Assembly (NCBI GenBank): GCA_050230475.1
Contig: JBFLGF010000019.1
Location: 1 to 64,000, forward strand
Reading direction: 5' to 3'
DNA from: Ancylonema sp.
Taxonomy: Eukaryota
DNA length: 64,000 bases
Shown here piece by piece: positions 34,774 through 45,870 of the stretch (positions are counted from its first letter, which is position 1; the number at the start of each line of letters is the position of its first letter). The notes below the pieces were generated by a model that was not told where the DNA came from, did not search any database, and worked only from the letters and a program-made list of their open reading frames with translations. Both the position numbers and the translations under genes were made by a program.

Positions 34774-36771
34774 CTATGACCGGTTGGCTTTGGTGATTTC
34801 CGCCAAGAAAGTGATCAGGCGGTCATCCACCATGTGTGCCAAGTGAGATGCGCGCAGCAGTTTGGGGATGCGTGCATGTGCCGTATAGCCGATGGGTTTT
34901 CCGAGAGCACGCTCGATCTCGAATGGTGAAAGTGGTACATACTGTTGCGAAGGTCCATCGAACAATATGCCGTTGGTGGGTCGACCATCCGAGCGAATGG
35001 AGTACTCTGCTGGCCACAGGTAAGGGCTCATGGTTGGGAAGACTGCCAGGCGGTTGCCGAGGCGGTTGAGGGTCAGGTTGACCATATCAGGGATGGTCAA
35101 GAGTTGCGCTGTGTGGCATGGCTCCAAGATGTCGAAGATTGGTGGACGGGTGATGTTATCTGGTTGGCAAAGCTCCAGCTCCCGCGGGGTGATGCAGTTT
35201 GTCCAGACCTTGGTGGGGCGATGAACATGTCCATGGAAGCGGAGAGGTTGCAACTCAGCAGCATTGCCGAGGAAGGCGCGCACCTAGTGGTAGAGGTCAT
35301 TCACCCAAGGTGGGTACTCAGGTGTGCAGATGTGGGTGAAGAAGCAGTACACGGGGTAGTAGTTCTTGACCTGTGCACTCCGGCGAATCCCTTTGATGAC
35401 AACAAGGAGGGGCTGCAGGCGATGATCGAAACCTCCACGCAGGGGGCTATAAGTTTGCTCCACCTCCGTGTGATATTTACCTCCTACGACGTCGAAGGGA
35501 CTACGTTTTCGGAAGAGCTCGTCCATCTGCTCCTTGGTAGTGTCCGTGACGCTCGTAGGGAGGATCTCATCACAATGTTCGATGGCTGAATCCCCGAGCT
35601 GGTCAGGGTAGCTAAGTTGGAAATGACGCAACTTCTGCCGATATTTGTTCTTGGTGTGGATGTAATCTGTTTGTGGCGTCAAATTGGCGACTTTGAAGCC
35701 GGCTGTGAGGATGATTTCGAAGACGTCCAGACCGCCGAATAGTAGGTAGACTTGCAGACCTATGAACTCCGAAGCGAATTGGGTGGTGATGATCGTGTGA
35801 GGAAAAGGGTGAGCTCCATGGAAAGTGTGCCCTTTCCACGTGACAATAGTGGCCCGCGGGTGGTGGTCGTGTTGCATCTTCAAGTGTGTTGTGCGCAGAC
35901 GTTCCTGGCCTCGTAGCTCTAGTTGGTGGAACACAGGGTCGGTGTCGCGAAAGACTTGAGGTGTGTAGATGGAAGCCGCCATCCGTTTCTTGTCTTGCCC
36001 AAGGAAGGATTCTTGTATGGCACCAATGTTGACCAAGTGTGCCATGGTATAACGTTGGAATGGTTGCTTGAAAGTGAAGTCTAGCACAATGGTGTTTGTG
36101 CGTGCTAGACGTTGACCAATGTCGGTTTTATCGCGAGGGTCGTGCATGTGTTTGTAGTGGCTGAGTGGTTTATGTTGCTAGGACTCGTGCTCCATTGTAG
36201 TGATGATGGCTTGCCCCGGGTCGACTACAGCTGGTGGTTGAGAAGAGGAACTTGGAGTAGCAGGCGTAGACCATCTGGTGTCCATAAGGTATGCCTCCAC
36301 TCTATGTTGTTCTTGGGATGGAGATGTAGTGTGCATACGCTGCCTGTTGGTTGGGTGCTTATCAATGGGAGAGATGGGACTGGTGGGGTGGGCATCACGT
36401 TTGCGAGCAGCAGCGGTAGTAGGCTTGGTAACCTCTAAAGTATCCATCTGATCACCCGCCGTGGGTACTGGGGCGCAAGTGATGGGTGTTGGTGCAGAGC
36501 TAAGGGAATTTGATGGTACCGAGCTGGTAAGGGGAGAAATGGGGATGGGTGCCTCCTTCTCACGCCTCAAGACATTCTTGCCAATTTCCAGCCTCAACCG
36601 CTTATCTAGACGTGTAGCCTCTTCCGTGCTCCGCCTGTGGGCCTTCTCCACTCCTAGCAGCTTCTCCTCGTGTGTTGTAGTGAGTGCCTGTAGCTTGACT
36701 GCCCAAACCGAGTTGAGAGTGTCGATTTCCAGTTCATGCTTTGCAATCCATATGGTGTTTCCTCCTCCCAT
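34774..36771 (-). pseudogene. Retrotransposon-borne C5 cytosine methyltransferase-fold ORF with catalytic motifs lost, preceded by a coiled-coil/low-complexity region
   Basis: ORFs 36771-36178, 36147-35284 and 35283-34774 share one frame, separated only by TAG stops. From 35760 the order is GLQVYLLFGG (motif I-like), YPDQL..LP.SV, PFDVVGG (IV region), HRPTKVWTN (VIII), DILEP, FPTM, EIERALGKPIGYT (IX), LAHMVD (X). Confidence 0.78.
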
Positions 36772-37699
36772 GCTTCTTCCACATGAAACTCTTCCCTTTT
36801 TTTTTTGCTTTTGAGCACTTCAATGTGCTCTTTACTGAGTATGCCGATCTTGCGAGTGATGGTTTCCTGTGCTTGGCGGTTAACCTCTTTGTAGACAACG
36901 ATCTGGAACCCTTTGTGCTCCCGGATCATTTTACGAAGCCGGGCGCGCAGCTCCTCCGTATCAAGGTTGTCCAGCCCATCAAACTTGGAAGTGTGGAGGG
37001 TATGTTTTAATGGGTACTCTGGAAGCACAGGGTTGGTTGGATCAATCTTGGTGTCATATTCATGACGAGTGTGGTTTGCAGATGTAGATGCAAGTTGGTT
37101 GTCAAAGGAAGGAACATGTCGGTTTGCAGGAATAGGTGCAGAGTGCTCCGCAGAGGGAGATGTAGGTGAATCAATAGAGGGTATATATGGTTGATGTCTC
37201 TAGATCCATGGGAGTGTGCGAAGGAGTGTCATCGACCTCGACTTCTGCAAAAAGTAGTAGAACTTGGAGTCCCATGCTACGTTCGTCGGTTGGGATGTTC
37301 AAGTCTAATTCCTGAGCGAGTTTTAATGCTTCAGGAATGAACTTGCGTTGAATGGTATCCTCAATATCGTCCACAAGTTTTCGTCGCACTTGTACTTGGT
37401 ATGGTGTATTCAACGTGCCTTGTATCCCACCGAGGTATGCGCCGGTAAGCTCATGTGGTGGCAAAACACGCTGGGAACCAAGTGTAAGAGGAAAGTCGTC
37501 CTCGTAAGTGCCTGATGTGGTTTTGGCTGGTGGTGGTACAGGCATGGGTGCCTCCTCTGGTTGAGAAACGAATTGGATGGATCGGCGTGGGCTGAATTTT
37601 GCAAATTTTGTGTCTCTAGGAGATTGGTCCGCCTTGGTCTTCTTCTCCTTCCGTTGGAGGGCTGCAGCACGATCCTCAATAGTCAAGAAAAATCCGCCT

Positions 37700-38043
37700 C
37701 TCCCCCAATTTGCCCTATAAAAGTACAGATGTTGTCAAGGGTCTAAGCAGCCGCCAATGGGACCAAAGATTTCATTGCCTAGTAAGACATCAAATTCCTT
37801 AGAAGGCGACATGTGAAGTTCCATGTAAATGGTGGTTGGATTGGGTGTGCCTCTGCCAATAGTAATTGGGTATTTTTATTTGGTAGAGCCAAGACTAAGT
37901 TCTTGAGAATCAAATGCGGTAATGTATGGTAGTCCACGTTTCAGCATGCAAGATGTAATGCCACGTTTGGCTGCTATGAGTCTACCTATCATTGTTTTTA
38001 TAGCACCACTCTCCACTACCACCTTGTTTGGTGTCTCATTCAT
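37700..38043 (-). pseudogene. Retropepsin (aspartic protease) of the Gypsy element
   Basis: Manual translation: PNKVVVESGAIKTMIG...FDVLLGNEIFGPIGGCLDP*QHLYFYRANW. DSG has become ESG, the DxLLG motif is present, and there are two stops. Absent from the ORF track. Confidence 0.75.
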
Positions 38044-39062
38044 GATAGTTAACACCCCACGGTTGTTGCGAAGGAGTGCAATATTATATTTGGTGTCCTG
38101 AGAGTTGCGTGGTGAAGTAGTGGTGTGGTCATGACTGGCGGCATATTGGGCTCCGGTTCTTGCATGGAGCTTACAAGTGCAGCCGCGTTGTCACGTGCCT
38201 TCTCTGCAATGTGCAGTCGCGCACGTAAAATATTGACATGGTCATGAAGCATGTCATGGAGAGCTTGTGTGTAAGGTACGGGCATCGGTGGTGGTGCAAC
38301 AGTATCGTGGAACTCGTTCATGTTGGTAGTGCCAGCTTCCAGGATGTTAGGAAAGTCCCCTTCCCTAGTGCGTTCCTCTAGCAAAGTTTCAAGGTGAGGC
38401 TCCGGGTATGGAGTGGTTGAGGTACTTGGTTCATGATCACGTAGATAATGAAGTGGTAAAGGATCAAGCAAGGGTGGTACTTGCATGTCATCTTTAGATG
38501 CATCAACAGGTGGGGTGTGATAATTTGTGGTAGACTCATATCGTGAGAGTGCATCAGAACTCAAAGTAACCACTGGATCATGGAATTGAGTCTGTTTCTG
38601 TACTGCAATTTGTTTATTCTTCTCTTTGGCTGCCACACGTGGTGAACGTCTGGTAGACATCAAGTACTCACACGGGGTGGTATGGTCAATTACCTCAGAG
38701 TTTGTTGTCTGGTGTGACATGTTTTCGAATTCTCGTTGGCGTGCCAAGTCGTCTACTTGCATGGCCAGGTAGCTGGTCTGGATCTCAAGAGTCTTCCACC
38801 CGATTTGTTTTGGTGGTGAATCTGCACACGGTGGTGCACTGAGAGTTAGTAAGGTCTGCGCCTTTGCAAGTTTTGACATTGGTCTCGGGTGTGGTGTTTC
38901 CCTTTGCAGTACTCACAAAATGCGTCAGCAATATACTACTTTTTATAAAAACTGGCGAGGGCGTGGTTCAAATGGTTGTCTGTTTTCGGTACCGTACGCG
39001 CCTCCCTTGAACTGTGAGCGTAAGGGCTGGTTGGTTTTGGTATTCTTGTTTGACTGGTAGCC

Positions 39063-40751
39063 TTATGACTGAGAGTTCTTTTGTTTTCTTGGTGTAGGAC
39101 AGTCACGCGAAAGGTGGCCAGTCTGATGACAATTGTAGCACTCCATGGTGTTCTCCCGTCGTGGTGTCAATGCGCCAATGATTTCGGAGCAGTGTACGTA
39201 GTAGAAGGAGTGTAGGTAGGTAGTTTCGGAGATTTGGTTATCCCAGCGGCGCGGTTTTGAGCGTCTTATTTCATGCATAGTAAATCAGCCTTGTTGGCTT
39301 TCTCCATAATATCATTTCTAGTGATAGGAGAATTTGGTGGAGTCTTATAGTACCTAGCCTCTGACTCACGAAAGTGCCAGTCATCGATGTAACGCTGTAG
39401 CGATAAGGGAATGTGCAGTAGATACCTCCTAGCCAGCTGCTCTTCTGTCATGGCTCCTGCCTCCTAAACAATTGTGGCTGGTTCGTTAAAACGTGGAAAG
39501 GTTGTTGCAACGCTGTCGTTGTGTTTGGTAGTAAAATTTTCAATATGCGTGACGAATTCCGCAGCCGAGGTGCGATTTTTTTTTTAATGATGGTACAAAC
39601 AAGTACAATTTTGTTGGTTCTTGCCACCGATGTTGTGGGTTTGATCGGTGCAAAATGTCCGTCCAGTCTACCCTGCAAACGATAATATGCCACATTTGCA
39701 TTGTGTTCTCGATAGATATCTCTCACATCTTCCGGAGTAGTATTACCACGATTTTCATTAACAAATTGTTGCCACTCTCGCTGAGCTTTTGTCGTCATAT
39801 ACTGACGTGTTGCAAGCACTGAGTCTCACTCTACGTGCCCCATCCGCTCCGTGCATTGTTGGTGTTACGACCGTCGCCGGTTTGTAGTTTCAACGACTTC
39901 ACAACCGGGCCATAAAAGGCACAATGTCCAAGATGGGACTTGGACAGCACAGATACAATATATACCGAGATGCCGATCCCTGACACTATCCCCCCCGCAA
40001 GGGGTTCGCGTCCCGAGAACCCCCAACATCCCTAGAATGACCGGAGCTCCGCGCCATGTTCCGCGCCACGGGCACCCCCTCCCCGAGGGTGCACCCCGTA
40101 TGTGAACGCGGGCCGGTCAAGATATAAGTTGTTAACCCCCACGGAAAATCCGTGTGAGCGAAAGTGGAGGAGACGGGGCTCGAACCACCGCCCACCAGTA
40201 ATCTTGAACATTCTGTTACGACCGTCGCCGGACTGCACTTTCAACGACTTCACAGCCGCGCCATAAAAGGCACAATGTCCAAGATGGGAATTGGATTTCA
40301 TAGATACATTATATACCGAGATGCCGATCCCTAACAGTTGGGTTCGATCTAATTGTCGCAAGCTATCGATAAACTCGTCTTGTTTGAGAACAGTTTCACT
40401 AGTATATGTCGGTAACGGCACTGGGTTGGCCATGAGTCTGTCCCACCTTTTATCTTGGGTCGATAAATGGGTGTTGCTGCAACGCTTGGTGGCGCTCCGG
40501 AGTTCACAATTGTCGATGGTCCAGCCACAGGTGCTGTTGCCTGTGGTAATGCTCTCGGTGGTGTGGCGATGATGTTGACTACGCCAGTATCGATGAGAGT
40601 ATGAGGTGGTCGAAGGGTCTCTGGTAGGATTGGTGGTCCGGCTGCTCTCACTAAGTACTATTGCAGATTGAGTCTCTGCTAAAATATCGATATTATATCT
40701 ATCACATGTCTCAGCGGTTTGGTGAAATTCACTAGTGAACGCTGAGGGCAA
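39063..40751 (-). pseudogene. Gypsy-type gag with CCHC zinc knuckle, interrupted by a TRIM
   Basis: Fragments IDSLRQLDR..YMTTKAQREWQQF, EEQLARRYLLHIP and CYNCHQTGHLSRDC. Confidence 0.75.
39863..40336 (-). mobile_element. TRIM (terminal-repeat retrotransposon in miniature), 474 bp
   Basis: 123-bp TG..CA LTRs at 39863-39985 and 40214-40336. Perfect 5-bp TSD GTTGG. PPT GGGGGGATAG (-) next to the left LTR. 228-bp non-coding interior. Confidence 0.93.
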
Positions 40752-41014
40752 GCTGACAGATGTACTGCAACACTAAAGTCGTAGAAAATACTGTAACACA
40801 AACAAGATAGTCTAGTGCACACTTTCAAGGTCAACAACCGTAAGAGTTACTTTCGGTGCGAAAGTTAAAGTATCGATGGTGCGTCGATAAAAAATACTAG
40901 CCCAGAAAGAGCGTCAGCAGACATTTGTAAACAATAATCGCCGGCTCGGTGCGAGCAACAGCAGGCACGAGAATAAAACAATGAAAGTTTTGGTTCGGTG
41001 AGAAAATCGACAAA

Positions 41015-41017
<3 letters not shown>

Positions 41018-41050
<33 letters not shown>
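41018..41050. repeat. (AC)n microsatellite
   Basis: Perfect dinucleotide run. Confidence 0.95.
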
Positions 41051-41053
<3 letters not shown>

Positions 41054-44000
41054 TGCTGGCTCAAAGAGGGCGTCAGCGAATCGATGCAAGAAATTACACT
41101 CGATTACACGACTGGCCCAGAAAGAGTGTCAACAACAAATTCAGATGAATTATACACACACACAAGTTGCAAATGATAATTTGTAGAACTTAAAGTCTGG
41201 CTGACGGATGTCAAGCTGAGACAGAAAACGAGCACGTTTCGAAGTCTCGTAAGCGAGGGGATACAAAGAGTCGGCAAAGTGCCTGTCGGCGAAATCTCAC
41301 AAAAACAAAGAAATCGACAGATTTTGGAAAAATCTGCAAAATTTGACTTTTTATATTTTTCTTCGTCGATGAAAATGACGGATGATGCTTGATGACTTGG
41401 TTGCTTGTGTGGATGAGCAACATCAAGATTGGTCCTTGGATCATCATTTGGATCTCACTAGAGTATATTGGTGTAGGTTGAGTCCCTATTGAACCCACAA
41501 GAATGTAATTCAAGCGTGGTATGTGACTTATTAACGAAGTTTGCCGTAGCTACTACTCGCCGAAAGCTGAGATGCACTCAACGCGCAGTGTTGGGAGGTC
41601 TAGAAACAACACCAAGGTTAATCAAGAGTTGCAAGTTACTACACTTCACAACAAGTGACAACTACTGATAAAAAGAAAGAAGGCAAATATATATATAATT
41701 TATACAAGGGTTGCAAAATGATGAATAGTTGGTTGCGTCGGGGTGCGCACTCACTATGGGTTACAATAATCAAACGTTGTCGTGAATGAAACGATTCACT
41801 AGATCTGGAACGGGTGCAAACAATTCAAAGGGTGAATTGTCTGGCTAAGCTCGCACGAAACGGTGCAGCGAATTGTAACGATTTTTGACGTCAGCAAAAC
41901 GGCTGACAATCAACGACTTGCAAGGGTCACGATTTTGCAAGGGTCACGATAACTTTGACTACGGCATAATTTTACACGATGCGTATGCGAAAACGGCACA
42001 CGGCTTTTCAATTACTTGAGATGCGACAGCACGCACAAACAAACGAGTAATTTAACAGAACTTACGGCTGAATGAAGCGACGCGAAGTTTGTATAAAATT
42101 ACGAATAATATAAAAGGCGGAACGGCACACTTGATGACGATAGTAGACGATTTCAGATTGCAAAGCGTTGTTGAAATTTAGACAGCGGAAACTGACAGCG
42201 GAAGGTGGCAGTTCAGAAAGCGACTTAGACTTTAGGACAATCGACGCACCGTTTCACACGCGCGATAATCTAGATCTTATCTAGATCTAGAGGCTGAAAA
42301 AAAATACGACTAGATAAGTTATCTTGACTGTCTATTCTGGAGTTCTATATTATTCACGTGCGACAGCTCACTAACCAGGCTGGCTGGCTGAAATAAAGCC
42401 CGGCGCACTGGGAATCTACCAACTCGTCGATACGACAAAATACTCCGAATTAAAATCTAAAAAGTGGTACACCGACTTTTCTAGATTCACTGAGTATACC
42501 AAAAATATCAAATCAAGCGTCTGACTGATCGAAACTCATATAACGACAGAGTTCGATATAACGACTAAAAATAAACAATTACCAAAATTGCTATTTTTCA
42601 AGCTGGATCAACAATTAAAAAGACTTTACTTTCCAACGATCTCTAGCGGCATGACAAGTCTATCGAAGATAACGGCAGGCTGGATTCTATAACTTTCAAA
42701 TCAATTTCGGCTCTACGATGAAATTGCGCAAGATATTAACTCTAATTCTACGGCTGGATTTTATCGCCGAGTCGAAAGTGACTTGTGATTTACAAAAATC
42801 GACACGCAGCTATTTGTTGAAACTAGTGGATTCGAGATTTCGGAAAATACGCCACGCGTTATTTTCGAGTCGTTCAAAATCGTACTTCACTATTTTTATT
42901 ACAAAGTATCGTTGTATCGAATACTCTCGTTATAGAGAGTATTAATCTAGAGGGGTTTTTGATCAATTCAGAGGGGTTTTTTCCTTAGCGATCGCTAGCG
43001 TCATGACAGCCGGTCGTTGTCCGCCCCGTCTCGAGGGTCACGGAGATGGTCATACTCACGTAGTGCCAGGTGTCGTTGTGTAGCCGTCGCCATGGTGCAA
43101 TTATCGAGCGAAAAACGGTATCCATAATTCCGAGAGGTCACTAAAAGGAATTCGAGTAATCTTTTTGCCTAATTCTATAATGGCTGCCCATTATGGAATT
43201 GTGTGACGGTTTCTATACAATCGCAAACTCGGGGTGCGTAGAAAACGGTTTCCATAAGTACACGATGTGTCGCTTTGTGGATATAATGGCCAACCATTAC
43301 CCGCATGCGGGCTCTAGCGAATTCATTCATTCCTTAATAACTTGGGGGAAGAATGTATTAAGGAATCGTAATGGCCAGCCAATACTATTCCCACACGTGC
43401 ATCGTGGTTTTGCCAACAAATAAAGTACAAGGCACGCGAGACAGAGGAGCATAGCGCAGCGTGGCACACTTTTTGCTTGTTAGTCAAGATACGCGACACG
43501 ATATCTTCGCTTATGGTGTATTTTGCGCCATTTATCATACAACTTCCACTTATCGATTGCTTCGGACGGTGGCTATCACCTTGAGAAAAAAAAGGAGGGT
43601 TGGTCATTTTTCCATCTTCTATCGGCAGTCGCGCGAGTTTTGGGGTCATTATCGATTTCCACTACAATATATTTTCTCAACGTCCAAAATGCATGATTCA
43701 AAGCTATTCTGAAAGTTGTTGGCAGGGGCAGTCAAATGTACCTTTCCGTTGTCAAAACATACAAGACTTGACGTTGTATGTGAACCAGCGTCACCCGACC
43801 CACGCCTCTCCCGGTACGCCTCCTTTACTGCCTTCCTTGGCTGCCACGAATTATCCTCATTCAGTGCGCACCCCACCATTCGTTGAAATTATACAATAAA
43901 TATATTGTCGTGACATTCTGGTGTATATTTCGTAAAAGAAATTGAAGAAAAAAATGTTTGAATCCTTAGCGTTATGCTCTCCGCACGCACTCACTTGGCC

Positions 44001-45218
44001 ACATTATTGTTTCGTATACTGTACTATACTCTAGCGTCATAAGTATGTCGCGTAACTTTGTTCAAGAGACTTTAAAAGTAGGATCACACATGGTACGTCC
44101 CCTTTCAATTTGGTTGCAGATTCGCGAACATCGGATACATTGAAGGGTTGCGGATGACAATAGCCCCCAGTGAAAGGTTTGTTGGCAGAGTCAGGGTGCA
44201 ATAGAGGCCGACTTGAGTGGAAAGAAATGACCTTTCATAATCTATTCCAAATCTTGAAAATGTACACAAAGGATTTGGATTATTCAAATTTGATGAATGT
44301 CTAGATATTTTTATTGAAAAATGCCTAGGTATTTTGTTTGCGGATCACAATAGAACGATGCAGTTCTCTTTATGACAAATGTTAGTGTGTCTTGCCTACC
44401 AAACAGTTATATGTCCACAAATATCATGACCATCGTGTTTACTCCATGTCCAAAAAAATATGCGTGTACTTTGTTGCATCGCACGACCCTGACTTTTCCC
44501 CAAATCTCTTCGTAGAGTTGTTTGAATATATTTTTCGAATTTCCATGTATTGGTCTCATTACGCACTTGTATGGCTTGTATAACAACACACACACGTTGA
44601 ATCGGATGATGATGCCAATGCAACTTACACTAGGCAACATGACAACAACAAGTTTACTCATTCACTTTGCTTCATGTGCGAAGTCCCTCGATGCAAGGAC
44701 ACATTATAAAGTCGAGTACAAAATTTCCTTATACAATGTAAAGTATGAAGTCAAGTCCAATCCTTTCACAATATAAAGACACCTCGATATGAGGGCAAAT
44801 TTAGTAGTGATTTATGGACCGCAGAACGTGCCGCAAGCTGGCACAGCTCGTCGCTAATAGTTTTTTTTCCCCCATTAATTATTATGATTTCAAAATAAAA
44901 TCTTACGAATAACATTTACCTAAGAATTACCCTGAGAATTCGTTTTCACCATTTTTCTTGGTGCTTTTCCATTTTTTTTCCAAGCGCACCCCAAATGCTC
45001 CAACCGCCTCCGACCGCCTTACCGCCGTCGCCACCCGCTGGATGGAGCGGTTGGACGGCGGTCACACGGTTGGACATAGGTCTTGTACAACCGGTTGGCA
45101 ACGGCTGGCAGTCGGCGGCAGGACGGGTGACGGTTGCGTCGTGGTCAAGGGGCAGCAGCCGGATTCCGGGCTCAGGTCTGGGCTGCGAGCTCGGATCCAT
45201 CCTTGTGCATCGCAAACC

Positions 45219-45270
45219 GGGCGGAACCAGGCAAACCTGGCGGAACCAGGCAAACCGGGCGGAACCAGCT
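45219..45270. repeat. 19-bp tandem repeat GGCGGAACCAGGCAAACCN in a GC-rich patch upstream of DSK2
   Basis: About 2.6 copies are visible. Confidence 0.8.
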
Positions 45271-45870
45271 GTCCACTTTCCGGCATTCGTTCTTGACCCT
45301 TCCATTCGTCTCCGCTCTCCTGCAACGGAACCTGGAAAGCGTCTTGGTAATTGTGCCTGAGCGACTTCAGCACAGGAAGAGATTGACGTAGGTGAGTCAC
45401 GGACACTTTGTCAGAGAGTCGTTGGTATCGTGTTATTGTTGCAGGTGTTAAGTTTGCATGTATGTGTCGCAAGTTGTGGTATTGTCGGGTTGAAAGTAGA
45501 TTAGAGGTTGGAGTACAGTTGTTAGTTCAGAACCGTTTCTCGAAGTGAAACTGTCAAGATCGCCTGCAATTGGCCGGTGTGTAGGTTTTTCTCGAAAAGA
45601 AATCTCAACTAGCCCCCCACTGTTGGCATACGTACAGCCGTTGGTTGTTGCGTAAGGTTTATCACCTTCGTCGTGCATACCAATGTATTTGAAGTGTGAG
45701 GTTGAATAATAATAATAAAAACCGTCGAGTATTTTTTATTTACCCTTAGGCAGTCTTTTTTCCTCATTTTTGTCTCCCAGGTTCTCAAATTGAATAGCAT
45801 ACAAAGTTTCATACAGGCCAATCGGGGTATTTAAAAACAATTTGTATTCGATCCGCAAGGAGGGAGTGAA

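Larger units (their letters stand above)
33743..43008 (-). mobile_element. Degenerate Ty3/Gypsy-type element: LTR-gag-CCHC-protease-spacer-DNMT-like, no RT/INT recognised
   Basis: Putative 5' LTR 43008-41522 (TGTCAT...GTCACA on -). Gag ~40750-39060 with knuckle CYNCHQTGHLSRDC; protease ~38043-37700; C5-MTase fold 35760-34774; purine tract at ~34715-34727. A diverged ~130-bp copy of the LTR end lies at 33743-33880. Boundaries are uncertain. Confidence 0.75.

Noticed and set aside
34945..35589. 214-aa plus-strand ORF
   Set aside because: Antisense shadow of the DNMT-like frame, with no motifs of its own.
41495..41521. GAATGTAATTCAAGCGTGGTA resembling a tRNA 5'/D-arm, as a possible tRNA-fragment primer
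   Set aside because: The match needs several mismatches and a gap, so it cannot be supported.
44400..44700. VHAYFFGHG resembling a KDZ transposase motif
   Set aside because: A single weak motif with no other supporting residues.
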